A stretch of DNA of 64,000 bases, taken from NCBI GenBank assembly GCA_043818055.1, contig JBDRGF010000075.1:1733-65732 (forward strand), in the 5' to 3' direction. Below are positions 37,332-48,142 of the stretch, piece by piece. The stretch's first letter is position 1; every line of letters starts with the position of its first letter. Source of the stretch: Pseudomonadota bacterium (GTDB lineage Bacteria > UBA10199 > 2-02-FULL-44-16 > JBDRGF01). The notes below the pieces were generated by a model. It was not told the origin of the DNA. It saw only the letters and a program-made list of their open reading frames with translations, and searched no databases. The translations under genes and the position numbers were made by a program.

Positions 37332-38741
37332 TTATGCCTCCGCCGTATCGACGTGCACGATGATCCTTTGGCTGACAAATGTATAAAAGAGAAGGTGCTT
37401 GAGTCTGTAGTTGAAAAGGATAAAGCCGGTCAGCAGTGCCAGAAAGCAGCTACCCAGATATCCATATCCATAGTAGCTATAACCTAGCTCGATAGATAAT
37501 CTGGAAAGGACTATATTGGTGATTGCGAAAATCGCTGACATGATGAGGGCGTCGAGTCTGAAATCGAAATAAAGCATCATGAGGAGCAAAGGTAAAAGCA
37601 GCGACTGGAGAAATGTCGCGAGTATGACCACCTGAAATATGGCAAGCCCCATCGCCGACATCCCCACGCGTTCGTATATGCTGTTCGAAAAAACGATTCC
37701 TATGAGGGTTATAGTGCCCTGAAAGACCAACATCCTCCCCAAACTTAAGTAGAGATCCTTGAGTATGTTCTTTCTTCTCTCATCCAGTGAGACATATGGA
37801 TGCTTGTTCAGGATTGAGAGAAAATATTTTTTGTAATGTATGTAGAAGCTCGTCTCAACTCTTATCGTCACCATAGCCAGAGAGGGTACGATGAAGAGGT
37901 ATGCAAGAAAGACTGGGACATCATATGATGGGGAGGCATAGAGGAAGCCATGAACGTAGTCTCTGGTTTCAGGAGAGAACCAAAAAACGAATTTATCTCC
38001 CCACACACCGATGTTGTAAAATGTGGCTATGAAAGCCAGGGCCGTATATTTTCTGAAATACTGAAAAAAATAGAATTCGATACGCTTTCTAAAATCGAAT
38101 TCGGTGAAGACCTGAACGACGAGGAGGATGACCAGTGTCACCTGCCCGACGGTGAAACCGGATAACAGTCCCAACAGTCCGAAGTATTTTCCAAGAAAGA
38201 ATCCGGCGAAGATGGAGAGTATTGATCCTACCATGAATGAATGTACGATTCTTATATATTCCTTCGCGCCAGAGAGGAGGATCATGGCGATCCAGCTGAT
38301 GCCGATAGTTATGAATAAGACGATAGCAGTGATTTCGATGCCAAAGCCTAAGTCCAGAAATAGTGATCCTGTCACGCCTACGATAGCATGGAGGAGTATG
38401 GACATGCAAAGAAGGCCGACGAAAGCCGGGATGAGCGCTTTGAAATCTTTTACGAATATTCTATCCGCGATATATCTCGTTAAGACCATCTGCGAGAAAG
38501 ATGAGAGTATCAGTGAAAAGCCGTATATATAAACGACTAACGTTCTAAAGACTGTAACATCGTAAGGGTCCATTTTTCCATAGGAGAGGATTGTGAGGAT
38601 GAGGATCGAAAAGATTGTGAATAGCACCGGTCCGGCAGAGACGACGGCGGAGTAGGCATACCCTTCCAACAAATTCAGGTATGAATTTCTTGATAGAATT
38701 TTTTCCAGTCTAAATCCAATTCCAGCCATAAAAAACTCCAA
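37332..38741 (-). CDS. PelG-like polytopic membrane protein (about 12 TM, PST/MATE-like polysaccharide exporter)
   Basis: 469 aa with 12 predicted TM helices. Sits next to a GT4 glycosyltransferase, as in pel operons. Confidence 0.45.
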   Translation of the reverse strand: MEFFMAGIGFRLEKILSRNSYLNLLEGYAYSAVVSAGPVLFTIFSILILTILSYGKMDPYDVTVFRTLVVYIYGFSLILSSFSQMVLTRYIADRIFVKDFKALIPAFVGLLCMSILLHAIVGVTGSLFLDLGFGIEITAIVLFITIGISWIAMILLSGAKEYIRIVHSFMVGSILSIFAGFFLGKYFGLLGLLSGFTVGQVTLVILLVVQVFTEFDFRKRIEFYFFQYFRKYTALAFIATFYNIGVWGDKFVFWFSPETRDYVHGFLYASPSYDVPVFLAYLFIVPSLAMVTIRVETSFYIHYKKYFLSILNKHPYVSLDERRKNILKDLYLSLGRMLVFQGTITLIGIVFSNSIYERVGMSAMGLAIFQVVILATFLQSLLLPLLLMMLYFDFRLDALIMSAIFAITNIVLSRLSIELGYSYYGYGYLGSCFLALLTGFILFNYRLKHLLFYTFVSQRIIVHVDTAEA

Positions 38742-38752
38742 AAAAACAGTAG

Positions 38753-38779
38753 TAGGGGTGGTTCGCGAACCATCCTACC
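38753..38779. repeat. GTAGGGG...CCTAC palindromic intergenic element (variant copy)
   Basis: gtaggggtggttcgcgaaccatcctac; the G/A difference between arms still permits G-U pairing. Confidence 0.6.
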
Positions 38780-38781
38780 TT

Positions 38782-40251
38782 TTATATATAATGTTCATAC
38801 AAATTCCGATATGAGAGTATCATATCCTCTTCATTGTAATATTTCTCAATTCTCTTTATTCCAGCCTGAGACATTTTCTCATATAACTCATCGTCATTTA
38901 ATAGTTTCATAATAGATACCGCGGTCTCTTCGGGAGAATAGAACTTGCAAACTATTCCGCTCGGACCGATATCTCTGTCCTCATCATTTTTTCCCTCTAG
39001 AAGCTCTCTGCATGATCCGACATCGGTTGCGACGACAGGTATTCCGCAGGCGTTTGCTTCCAGAATAACGAGGGGTTGAGCCTCGCTGATGCTGGTCAAT
39101 ATGATGAGATCTATCATAGGATAATACTTTTTCACATCGACATGTCCTGTGAAAACGATATTGTCATTGAGCTTCATCATTCTTATCAGAACGCTGCATT
39201 CCTGATAGTAATCCGACTCCTCCTCCTGAGGCCCGATCAAAAAGATCTTAAGATCGGGTACCTGTTGAACGATGATCTTACACGCCTTGATGAGAGTTTT
39301 GACATCCTTGATCGGAACAATTCGTCCAATGTAGGCGATGCTCTTTCTCTGTCCGCCCTTTTTTCTCTGCATCACGATCTCTTTGAAATCGTTTAAATTT
39401 ACACCGTTTGGTATGATATCAATCTTTTTTGCGTCTGCGCCATCCAGGATTTCGGATTCTTTATTTCCTGAATAGAGAGTGGTTATGGTGTCAGCATATG
39501 AATAAGCAAGTTTACTCATCGTGTTGAAATATTTGATCCACCACTCTTTGAAGAAGCTGAGCTCCGGTGTCGCCTTTATGAATTCGCTTTCCACTTCGTA
39601 GAGCCAGCTTGCCTGTGCGATTTCGATTCTGCGCTCTTTCGTATATATTCCGTGCTCGGTGATGATCATGTTGCTGTTGAATTTGATCTTGGCAAGGGAT
39701 GCCAGAACTCCTGCGTAACCGGTGGATATGGTATGATAGACCGGGGCAGGAGGGATGTTGGCTTTGAGCACCTGCATGATAGGTAAAAAGGTGAAACGAT
39801 AATTCCAGAAAAAGTCGAGAAAGCTTATATTAGTACGCGTCTTATCATATGATGCCCTGACGGTATTCCAGAAATCCCTTGAGCTGAATGCATATGAAAG
39901 ATCCAATTGATATCGTTGCTTCATGAGTCTTAAGAGAAACATCTCCATCTTATCTTTCGGAACCTCATCGATACCCTTATAGAAGAGATCGAAGAATTCA
40001 AAGAGATCTTTGATCTTTGTCGGAAAGAGTTTCGGTTTGAATTCGAAATCGTGAAGATAGACATTGATGATACTTTGCACATTGTTGGGAAGCTCATAAC
40101 GCTCGATCCTCGTGTCCTTTGGCTTCGGCATGATGGAAAGGATCGAAAATTTAATCTCAGGCATGCCTTTTATGATGTTGTGCACCCAGGCGGAGACTCC
40201 TCCTCTTACATATGGATAGGTGCCCTCAAGCACCAGGCAGACATCACTCAT
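38782..40251 (-). CDS. Glycosyltransferase family 4 (PelF-like)
   Basis: The C-terminal GT-B domain has the EX7E-like motif region ...ISEAQPLVILEANACGIPVVATDVGSCRELLEG. Confidence 0.75.
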   Translation of the reverse strand: MSDVCLVLEGTYPYVRGGVSAWVHNIIKGMPEIKFSILSIMPKPKDTRIERYELPNNVQSIINVYLHDFEFKPKLFPTKIKDLFEFFDLFYKGIDEVPKDKMEMFLLRLMKQRYQLDLSYAFSSRDFWNTVRASYDKTRTNISFLDFFWNYRFTFLPIMQVLKANIPPAPVYHTISTGYAGVLASLAKIKFNSNMIITEHGIYTKERRIEIAQASWLYEVESEFIKATPELSFFKEWWIKYFNTMSKLAYSYADTITTLYSGNKESEILDGADAKKIDIIPNGVNLNDFKEIVMQRKKGGQRKSIAYIGRIVPIKDVKTLIKACKIIVQQVPDLKIFLIGPQEEESDYYQECSVLIRMMKLNDNIVFTGHVDVKKYYPMIDLIILTSISEAQPLVILEANACGIPVVATDVGSCRELLEGKNDEDRDIGPSGIVCKFYSPEETAVSIMKLLNDDELYEKMSQAGIKRIEKYYNEEDMILSYRNLYEHYI

Positions 40252-42134
40252 ATAATCCCCTCTTTTAGGAAGGTCTGGACGATCGTTTTTGCAATCGTAC
40301 CGGATTCTTTGAATTTATCTCTTTCTGCAATCTTTATCAAATATGGAAGCGCGCGTGGATCCCTGTGCGTCGTAATAATTTTCAATAAAATGTTTCGCAT
40401 TTCATCATCATCGACAGCGAGCATTTCAATTAATTCCTCAAGCAGAGATTGAATCAGTTTTTCATCATTGAGGTCATACAGTTTTTTCAAAAAGAGCCTC
40501 TTCCATTTTACATCGGGCATTGTTTTGAAAAATTGCCTGGCTATTCTTTGTTTGGAAAAAAATATAGTTGTCATCTGGTCGCACACGGAGTTGATAGTCG
40601 GTTCATCATTTTCCAGACTCAATTTTGTGAATATAGCCTCAGAGAGCAATCTGTAAAATTGCAGTTTCATGACTATGGGTGTAAAGTTCAGAAGCAGAGG
40701 ATATTTTTTACTATCATCGTTTTTTATATATATGAACAGAAGTTCGCTGTGATGTGTTATCAGGCTCGTGAGGGCAAGCCTTATAGCATCCCCTTCATAG
40801 TGTGAAAGCTGTTTTTGATGTGAGCTTAATAAAAACTCAAATGTTGATATCGATGGTGAAAACTCCAATAATGCCAAAGCAAGATATCGGACGTTGTTGT
40901 TATGTTCTCTTTCGAGCGTCATTTTCACGCTTTCCAGTATCTGATCCGGTGATAGAGAGAGCCCGCTTCGGCGAATTAGAAATTTAATGATGATTTGTTT
41001 TTGCATAGGAAGTATCTGTTGTGACATGACGCTTAAAATCTTCTCCTTATCTTCGAGTCTCCATGTTCTGCAAAGAGCCCAAGTAGCATTATATGAGGTG
41101 AGAGGATCCTTCTGGATAAATTTCATCAGCATATCGATATTTGAATGTTCTGCGAGATATCCGATAGAGTAAATGAAGGATTGTAGCAGGATCTGGTTGC
41201 TGGTCTGCATGAGGCCTTCCTTCAGAAACTGTTTATGTTTTTCATCATCAGTTCCGAATTTACCGATCCTGAAAATTATTTCTGATTTCAGTTTTATATC
41301 GCTGATATTTCTAAGTTTGTAGAGGATCTGAGGTTTTATCAACCCCTGTACCCTGTCGAGTGTGCGTGTCGCGGTGAGTCTTGCCCTTTGATCTTTATCA
41401 TACACTATTATTTTGATCAGTGGGAGGACGATTTTCCTGGTTGGTATCCTTCCGACGAATTCAATCAGAGAGTTTCTTGTTTTGGGATCCTTTTCGGTCT
41501 TTATCGCCTTGAGAAGATGTCTTGCGCTCCATGGCGATTTTCGCATAGCAAGGGCAAAAGCAGCTTCGGTTCGCACATCCTTATCCTTGTGATGAAGGAG
41601 TTTTAAAAATGTTCTCCAGGAGACATTGGTGGTCCACTTTGAAAGTGTTTTTATGGAATTGATGAGGAGCTTTTTGTTTGTAGATTTTAGAGTATGTTTT
41701 ACAATTCCTGCCGCCATCGGATCATTAATGCTTCCTAAGGCTTCAATGATATACGTGCTTGAAATGATATCTTCCGGATCCAGTATGTCTAAGAGGTAAG
41801 GTGTTGCAAGTCGTTCCTGCAGCATACCCAACAGGTAAATAGACGTAAGCTTTATTTCAGAATCTATTGAGTTGAGTTGGCTGATAAAATAGTTTGTTTT
41901 AAAAATTTTATCTCCGAAGTGGATACTCCTTCTGATCTCATGCCTCAACTCTCTGTCGCCGTTGAGATAGAATAAAAATATTTTGGAAATACTCTCTTCG
42001 TCGTTTGTATCATTCAGGTGTTGTATCTGGTAGATCTTGTCGTTGAGTGTAAAGTTTACCATCTCCCTTTCGAAGGTCTCAAGAGGGGCTCTCAATATCT
42101 CATTTCCTAAAATAATATTTTGTGAATAGCTCAT
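40248..42134 (-). CDS. HEAT/PBS-lyase-like repeat protein (628 aa)
   Basis: Repeated 30-40 aa alpha-helical pairs, for example RTEAAFALAMRKSPWSARHLLKAIK. Confidence 0.5.
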   Translation of the reverse strand: MSYSQNIILGNEILRAPLETFEREMVNFTLNDKIYQIQHLNDTNDEESISKIFLFYLNGDRELRHEIRRSIHFGDKIFKTNYFISQLNSIDSEIKLTSIYLLGMLQERLATPYLLDILDPEDIISSTYIIEALGSINDPMAAGIVKHTLKSTNKKLLINSIKTLSKWTTNVSWRTFLKLLHHKDKDVRTEAAFALAMRKSPWSARHLLKAIKTEKDPKTRNSLIEFVGRIPTRKIVLPLIKIIVYDKDQRARLTATRTLDRVQGLIKPQILYKLRNISDIKLKSEIIFRIGKFGTDDEKHKQFLKEGLMQTSNQILLQSFIYSIGYLAEHSNIDMLMKFIQKDPLTSYNATWALCRTWRLEDKEKILSVMSQQILPMQKQIIIKFLIRRSGLSLSPDQILESVKMTLEREHNNNVRYLALALLEFSPSISTFEFLLSSHQKQLSHYEGDAIRLALTSLITHHSELLFIYIKNDDSKKYPLLLNFTPIVMKLQFYRLLSEAIFTKLSLENDEPTINSVCDQMTTIFFSKQRIARQFFKTMPDVKWKRLFLKKLYDLNDEKLIQSLLEELIEMLAVDDDEMRNILLKIITTHRDPRALPYLIKIAERDKFKESGTIAKTIVQTFLKEGII

Positions 42135-42137
42135 TTT

Positions 42138-43229
42138 CTATGCCCAGAAATTTACTACTTCATATTTTTTAAAATCTTCAATTTTGGAAAGATCCACTTT
42201 TTTTAACATCGACACAAATGCATCGTAATCCTTCAGCGCAAATAGAGTTTCCATAATCAGTTGTTGATAAGCCGGATTGTCGCCGTCTGTATCAAGACAT
42301 TCCTTGATATCATTTTTTGCTTTTTCATAATCTCCGATCTCATAATATATGTGGGCCTTTAAATATGTGTATTTTACATCTTGACTGAGCGTGCTCAGTA
42401 TCCTCAACGCCTCATTATAATAATAGTATTTTGAGATATCATCCAACAATCCGCTCTCGGCGTAAGTTACATAAAACTGGGCGAGATCAAACCCCAAAAA
42501 CTTGTCATTCGGATTCAGATCATGCTTGAAAACCTTATCCTTGATCTTTATTGCAAATTCATCTTCCAGCCTTCCCAATATGCCGGCAGCGAAGAGGCGC
42601 ACCTCGATATCTTCATCCAGAAGGGCTATTCTCAATGTGCTTATGGCTTTTTGTGTGTGGATGCTTCCCAGAAGTTTTACCGCGCTCTTTTTTAGATCCT
42701 GCTGCTCCCCCCTGAAGATGTCTATAAAAGGTTCGATGTCGAGCCTGTCGAGTATTTCGAGTTGTTTAAGTCTTTTATTTTTTTCCTTAAATACATTTGG
42801 ATCCTGAACGGTGATCTCGTCGCTGATGATGGGGGGAGGCCTTCTCTTTTGAACGAGCTGGATGAGATAGATGAAGAGAAACATGATGATTCCATATAGT
42901 GGCAGTGTAATGCATAGGAAGAAGGCGTAGACCCACCACACGTTGTTCCTGTATTTGCGTTTCAATTCATCACGGGCAGTTATCAAAAAGAAACCGAAGG
43001 CGCAAAGTATTGCATTGAGAGTGTGGAATATTAAAAAGAAGAAAAAACTGACATATTCAATGCCGAATATTTTTAGTGCTACAGGAATATTGCAGAGGAC
43101 GGCTAGTATTATCGCTATTATTCCGATGACGATTTCAATGCGTTTCTGGGTCTTCCTCCATCGGGGAGCGTTTTTGATATATATTCTTTCGAACCAGTTC
43201 ATTTTGTACCGTTTTTCCCATAAAGCCAA
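42138..43229 (-). CDS. Membrane-anchored TPR-repeat protein (PelE-like)
   Basis: N-terminal TM helices, then TPR-like helices (AHIYYEIGDYEKAKNDIKECL). Confidence 0.45.
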   Translation of the reverse strand: MALWEKRYKMNWFERIYIKNAPRWRKTQKRIEIVIGIIAIILAVLCNIPVALKIFGIEYVSFFFFLIFHTLNAILCAFGFFLITARDELKRKYRNNVWWVYAFFLCITLPLYGIIMFLFIYLIQLVQKRRPPPIISDEITVQDPNVFKEKNKRLKQLEILDRLDIEPFIDIFRGEQQDLKKSAVKLLGSIHTQKAISTLRIALLDEDIEVRLFAAGILGRLEDEFAIKIKDKVFKHDLNPNDKFLGFDLAQFYVTYAESGLLDDISKYYYYNEALRILSTLSQDVKYTYLKAHIYYEIGDYEKAKNDIKECLDTDGDNPAYQQLIMETLFALKDYDAFVSMLKKVDLSKIEDFKKYEVVNFWA

Positions 43230-43236
43230 TCGCTAG

Positions 43237-43264
43237 AAAGGGCGGTTCGCGAACCGCCCCTACA
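43237..43264. repeat. GGGCGGTTCGCGAACCGCCC perfect 20-bp palindrome with a CTAC flank (REP-like intergenic element)
   Basis: An identical palindrome occurs at 60025-60044 with a GTAG flank. Confidence 0.7.
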
Positions 43265-43269
43265 TTAGT

Positions 43270-44670
43270 TTATAATCCCACCTCTTTCAACATGTCCTGC
43301 GTCGATTTAATCCTGTTGGGATTATAATCCGAAACTACAATCGTATCTTCGAGCTTTTCATCGGTAAGCGCTCTCTTAAATTCGTATTCATTTATCTTTT
43401 TAGTTATTTTTTCCTTAAGCCCCTGAGCCTGCGGTCCGGGGGTCGTAGCTAAAAGCAGAACCAGAGGGACTTCATCCTTTGGCGTTCTCGCAAGAACGTC
43501 GAAGGATCTCAAATTCGTTTTAATAAGGGAGACGATCGATTTGATGACTGCTTCATGTTCTTCCCCTTTGAGCTCATTCATCTTCGTCCACTTGAACGCC
43601 ATGATGGAGAGCGGCAGCATGTAGTTGATCGAACGGGTGAACTCTTCATCCAGACGGGTTAGGAAGAAATGATATTTATATACATCATATAGCTCATCCT
43701 TGATCTGTTTCTCCTTCATCTTCATAAATGTGAAGGCGTTGTTGAGTGAAGATGCTGCGAGTTCGCATGTGATTCTTGCCGCCTGAATCGTAGAGTCGGT
43801 CATTTTAAGAAGCGGAATCTTCTCAATGCTCGCTACGCCGTAAACTTTGTTCTCGATGCCGAGCACCGGTATGGCCAGGACGGAATCACCCAGAAAGGTC
43901 GATTGGTTTACGTCATATGTCTCTTTGTTTAAAACGAAATCCTTGATGTTGAGAGTCTTCTTTGTTTCAGCAGAGAGGCCTATCAATCCCTGTCCTACTT
44001 CAAAGGATGTCGGTCGCCTGTAGTAATCCTTCCATCCCTTGGAATGTTTTAGGTACAAAAGGTTTCCCTCGAGTGCGTAGAATGAACTCTCTTCGGCAGA
44101 GAGATAATTGGAAAAACCGTCCAGAATCCCCTTGTAGATATCGTCGGGATTGAATGACTTCAGTTTTTTGCTTATCTCGTTTAGTATCGTGATCGTGTCG
44201 TGGGTTGTGGCAACATTGACAGTGAGATCTTTATGCGCCTCTTTGACGATTTCATTTTCTCTTGTCAAATTGTCGTTCTGATTTTCCAGCTCCTCAACGC
44301 GCGTTGTGAGATAATCCTCTCTGAGGATGTAGACGGTCTTGATCTCACCTATGAGAAATCCAACCTGAAGGAACAAAAATGGATGGATGAGTACCCACGG
44401 GTTGTCATAGAGGATGTCCGTGCCATTGAATAAGAACTGATAGGATAAGAAGACGATCGATGTGGATATGCTGGCAAAGAGCCCCCCATTTCTTCCGTAT
44501 CGGCCGGCGATTCCCAAGACTATTATCCAGTATGGGCTTGGATTGAGTCCTTCAAATGCAGGTCTGTCAGGCATGAAGGCAAGATTGATTCCGATCAATA
44601 TCATCAGCCCCAGAACTGTCTCAATGATATAAAGCTTAGTGCGTTTTATTCTGATTATTCGATCATACAT
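43270..44670 (-). CDS. PelD-like protein: N-terminal TM helices + GAF domain + degenerate GGDEF-like domain (putative c-di-GMP receptor)
   Basis: 4 TM helices at the N-terminus. The central GAF-like fold is ...GQGLIGLSAETKKTLNIKDF...AIPVLGIENKVYGVASIE. The C-terminal part is GGDEF-shaped but lacks the catalytic motif. Confidence 0.5.
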   Translation of the reverse strand: MYDRIIRIKRTKLYIIETVLGLMILIGINLAFMPDRPAFEGLNPSPYWIIVLGIAGRYGRNGGLFASISTSIVFLSYQFLFNGTDILYDNPWVLIHPFLFLQVGFLIGEIKTVYILREDYLTTRVEELENQNDNLTRENEIVKEAHKDLTVNVATTHDTITILNEISKKLKSFNPDDIYKGILDGFSNYLSAEESSFYALEGNLLYLKHSKGWKDYYRRPTSFEVGQGLIGLSAETKKTLNIKDFVLNKETYDVNQSTFLGDSVLAIPVLGIENKVYGVASIEKIPLLKMTDSTIQAARITCELAASSLNNAFTFMKMKEKQIKDELYDVYKYHFFLTRLDEEFTRSINYMLPLSIMAFKWTKMNELKGEEHEAVIKSIVSLIKTNLRSFDVLARTPKDEVPLVLLLATTPGPQAQGLKEKITKKINEYEFKRALTDEKLEDTIVVSDYNPNRIKSTQDMLKEVGL

Positions 44671-44672
44671 AT

Positions 44673-45050
44673 CTACTCAGTCAATATTTCACGCACCTTT
44701 TCAAGGAGTCGGTGCGGTTCAAATGGCTTTGACATGACAAAGGCCTTCATATTTTTACAAAAATCTGTTTCATCCTTGGTCAGCTGTCTGCTGCTTAGGA
44801 TCATCACCGGTAATTTTTGAAGTGAGGCTTCCCGTCTCAATTTTTCAAGCAGTGCGAATCCATCGAGTTTGGGCATCATGAGGTCGAGGATCAAAAGGGA
44901 GTAATCTGTCTTTTTAAGTTCTTCGATTGCTAAGGTAGAATCATCGAGGCGCACTACTTCGAAGCCGCCGTTGGATAGGACAAATTCGACGATATATATG
45001 ATATCGATTTCGTCGTCGACATGAAGGATCTTCTTTGATTGTTCAGCCAT
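44673..45050 (-). CDS. Single-domain response regulator receiver (CheY-like)
   Basis: ILHVDDE...LLILDLMMPKLDG...SKP gives the conserved D/D/K receiver residues. Confidence 0.8.
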   Translation of the reverse strand: MAEQSKKILHVDDEIDIIYIVEFVLSNGGFEVVRLDDSTLAIEELKKTDYSLLILDLMMPKLDGFALLEKLRREASLQKLPVMILSSRQLTKDETDFCKNMKAFVMSKPFEPHRLLEKVREILTE

Positions 45051-45084
45051 AGTTTAACCTCTAAAACAGTTGCTTGTTAATAAT

Positions 45085-45145
45085 GTAGGGGCACACCCAC
45101 GTGTTTGCCCGTCTTTTTCGGGCGGACACATGGGTCCGCCCCTAC
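45085..45145. repeat. Long GTAGGGGC...GCCCCTAC hairpin element between the receiver gene and the PelB-like gene
   Basis: About 27-nt arms in imperfect inverted orientation around a tctttttc loop. It has the same termini as the other family members. Confidence 0.6.
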
Positions 45146-45159
45146 AACCATCAACATTT

Positions 45160-48081
45160 TTAATAAAACCTATACAACACCCCAAGGTTGAAATACTGAA
45201 ATCTTCCGGTCTCATCGGTCAGGCTCTCACTCGAATATGTATAATCTCCGAAGATTTCAAGCCTTTCGCTCAATTTTAACCTATTTGAGATATTAAAACC
45301 ATATAAATCTAAACCGCTCAACGTCAGATTTCTTTTCCTATCCTCTCCGACAAAGCCCCCGACATAAGTGCTGATCCACTTATTCCATTCATGGTAGATT
45401 TCTGTCGTGATGTCATGTTGTTCTGTTTCTTCTATCAACGGTATTATCGACAGATAATTGTTTTTGATATGCAGTTTGCCATATGTGAATTCATAGCCAA
45501 GTCTGATTTCCGGGCGTTTAAGGATGATGAACCTCAAAGATGCATTGATATTATCATCCCTGCCGAAGTCGTTTCCTATATTCTGAGGTGTCTTGCTGCT
45601 GTTCACCCAGTACCAGTTGCTCCTGTAACTGGCATTCAGGATGGCCCTCTCATAAAATATTTTTTCATAGAAGAGCCCGGCGGTTGCCATTTTGCCGTCG
45701 TAATAGAGTGCGTCAACCGGGTCTTCCAGGATTTTGTTGTAGCTGTAATCCAACTGGAGCAGCCCGAATTTTCTGTCTTTCCACTCAAAGAAGAGATTTC
45801 CTGCAGGGTAATATTTTTTATCGACCATCTGGTTAGAAATTCCAGCCCCCAGCGTGATCGAATGATATGGTTTGAATTTTATCATGGCGTCTACGACATT
45901 CGTCAAAGTCCAGAATCTCTTGTTGATCAGCGGCAGATCTGCGCCATCTCTTCTTATTGTGTAGCCAGCTTCAAACGTCCATTGGCAGTTGAATGGATGT
46001 ACATATCTTGCATATGGGCCGGAAAAGTTCTGGCTTCCGCTTATGCTTCCATCCGCTCCGGCTGTGATATAAGGCTTAAATTCCTTGTCTAGTTCACCCA
46101 AAATCTCCTTTACGGTCTCATCTCCCGGATAGAGCTCTTTGAATTTGGTGAACATAGGATACGCCCGGCACCAGTCTCCGAGCTCGTAAAGAATTGATGC
46201 ATATGTGATCTGTAGCCTGCTGTCGTTTGGAAACCTCTCAAGCAGAGGTTCAAGCTCCTGCCTGGCCTTCTTGTATTCCTGTTTTGTGATGTAGATTCTT
46301 GCTATGTTGTTGATGAGGACGACGTCGTAAGGAAATCTTTTCCTGTAATCTGAAGCAAGATCATGTGCCTCACTGAGTCTTTTGGTGTCGATGAGGGTTT
46401 CGATGTATTGGTTAGCGATATCTATATTGTCAGGGTGTGCCTTTATGAGTTTCCCAAACAATTCATCGGATAGCTCCTTCTGACCGAGCAAGGCGTAAAT
46501 TCTGGCCTTGTGGGTAGCAAAGGTGAAGTCATCATCTCTTGTCGCACCTTTTTCGATCTCCTCTCTGTACATCAGGTCGAGAGCGGTTTTTAATTCTCCC
46601 TCTGATTTTTTCTTCTCGTTCATGGAGATGTAATACTCGCCCAATCTGTAATGAGGATAGTAATCGAGAGGATTTTTGGCCGAGTATTCATTATACGCTT
46701 TTATAGCAGCTAAAGGATTATTCTGATAGAGGTAGATATCTCCCATATATCGATAGATCGAGGGATTGTCGTACTGCCTGTCGATCAGCATCTGAAAGAC
46801 CTTGTTGGCCTTTTCCATCTGTCCAGCCCATACATATCTCTCTCCCAGATCTAAATACATCGCAGGGTCGTTCGTGCTCTTCGCACATTTTTCAATGACC
46901 GCTATGGCCGCGTCGGTATTCCCCTCCATGTCATAAAGGGCAGCGAGATCTATCGCAAACTCTTTATTTTTAGGCATCATCTCTGTCAGCGTTGTCAGCA
47001 CACCCTTTGCGACGTCATATTTTTTCAGTTCCAACAATATATAGACCAGTTCATCCTTATCTTCGAATGTAGCCGGGTTTGCGTAGAACTCCTTCAGATA
47101 GATGGGGAGCAGCTTTTCCTTCACGTCGTTCCATTTATATAGCTCGGAGAGCATCTTGAGGTAATAAGGATCTTCGATTTTTGATTTTGCAAGGAGATCT
47201 TCGATATAGCCCATAGCCCTTTTTTGTTGTTCCGTGCCGACATACCATTCTATGAGGTTCTTTTTCAGCTCCAGGTTACCTGGCTCCCTCTTTATCCATT
47301 TTTTGAACCACTTGTCGGCATCATCATATTCCTTTGCCATCGTCTTGTATTCGATCATCCTCTCCCATTCCTTCGTATCTTTCGGATTCTTGTTGATGTT
47401 TTTTTCGAGGATTTTCTCAAGCGATTTTCCTCTGCCACTGATTTTGGCGAGGCTCATATATTTTTCAAGCGCCTCTATATTTTCGCTGTCGGCCTGCAAC
47501 ACCTTTTCGATCAGTGCGATTGTCGTATTCAGGTCTCCTGATTTTTCGTATAGAATGAGCAGCTCATTGTCGATAGTTTTGATCTCTTCAGGTTTATATC
47601 TCTTCTGTCTTTGAAGAACATCTATTGCGCTTTTGTATTTCTGATCCATGAGGAAGAAGCCATAGAGGTCGTTCAATATCTGTTTTCCATCCTCATCGTC
47701 GAAAGAGATGCCGCTCTTTGTGCGATAGTCATACCAGCCTTCATAAGCTTTTTTGGTCTTGTCCGGCTGTTCTGTCCATGTGTAGAATCGCACTACCTCT
47801 TTGAAATTTTCATCAGAGGGTTTTAGCGTTAACAATTTTTCAAAATATCTTCCCGCCTCTTCGGTCTCCCCGATATTTTCAAGGCTTTTAGCAAGCATGT
47901 TGATTGCGCGATAATTGTCAGGCTCCTCTGTAAGTATCGTTTTGAATTTCTCTATCGCCTCATGAACCTTGGCGCTCTTGTAGAGCATCCATCCCTCTCT
48001 CATCTTCGATGGATGTAAAATCACACCTACGATCAGAATCAGGAGGACAAAGAGTGCTATGTACCACGATTTAAGACTCAT
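45160..48081 (-). CDS. PelB-like TPR-repeat protein with a C-terminal outer-membrane beta-barrel-like domain
   Basis: N-terminal signal/TM, then about 650 aa of TPR repeats. The C-terminal 300 aa has alternating hydrophobic beta-strands and ends in ...LGVLYRFY (terminal aromatic). Confidence 0.55.
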   Translation of the reverse strand: MSLKSWYIALFVLLILIVGVILHPSKMREGWMLYKSAKVHEAIEKFKTILTEEPDNYRAINMLAKSLENIGETEEAGRYFEKLLTLKPSDENFKEVVRFYTWTEQPDKTKKAYEGWYDYRTKSGISFDDEDGKQILNDLYGFFLMDQKYKSAIDVLQRQKRYKPEEIKTIDNELLILYEKSGDLNTTIALIEKVLQADSENIEALEKYMSLAKISGRGKSLEKILEKNINKNPKDTKEWERMIEYKTMAKEYDDADKWFKKWIKREPGNLELKKNLIEWYVGTEQQKRAMGYIEDLLAKSKIEDPYYLKMLSELYKWNDVKEKLLPIYLKEFYANPATFEDKDELVYILLELKKYDVAKGVLTTLTEMMPKNKEFAIDLAALYDMEGNTDAAIAVIEKCAKSTNDPAMYLDLGERYVWAGQMEKANKVFQMLIDRQYDNPSIYRYMGDIYLYQNNPLAAIKAYNEYSAKNPLDYYPHYRLGEYYISMNEKKKSEGELKTALDLMYREEIEKGATRDDDFTFATHKARIYALLGQKELSDELFGKLIKAHPDNIDIANQYIETLIDTKRLSEAHDLASDYRKRFPYDVVLINNIARIYITKQEYKKARQELEPLLERFPNDSRLQITYASILYELGDWCRAYPMFTKFKELYPGDETVKEILGELDKEFKPYITAGADGSISGSQNFSGPYARYVHPFNCQWTFEAGYTIRRDGADLPLINKRFWTLTNVVDAMIKFKPYHSITLGAGISNQMVDKKYYPAGNLFFEWKDRKFGLLQLDYSYNKILEDPVDALYYDGKMATAGLFYEKIFYERAILNASYRSNWYWVNSSKTPQNIGNDFGRDDNINASLRFIILKRPEIRLGYEFTYGKLHIKNNYLSIIPLIEETEQHDITTEIYHEWNKWISTYVGGFVGEDRKRNLTLSGLDLYGFNISNRLKLSERLEIFGDYTYSSESLTDETGRFQYFNLGVLYRFY

Positions 48082-48088
48082 AATAAAT

Positions 48089-48139
48089 GTAGCCGCGGGC
48101 TTTAGCCCGCGTCTTGCGCAGGCTGAAGCCTGCGGCTAC
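48089..48139. repeat. GTAGCCGC...GCGGCTAC double-hairpin palindromic element between the PelB-like and PelA-like genes
   Basis: Inner hairpins gcgggc-ttta-gcccgc and gcaggc-tgaa-gcctgc are enclosed by the gtagccgc/gcggctac outer stem. Confidence 0.6.
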
Positions 48140-48142
48140 TTT

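Noticed and set aside
45391-46092. 233-aa plus-strand ORF (with 45588..45836 and 47224..47826) opposite the PelB-like gene
   Set aside because: These are antisense frames inside a 973-aa TPR/beta-barrel CDS, with no RBS and odd composition. They are typical of long antisense ORFs in AT-rich genes.
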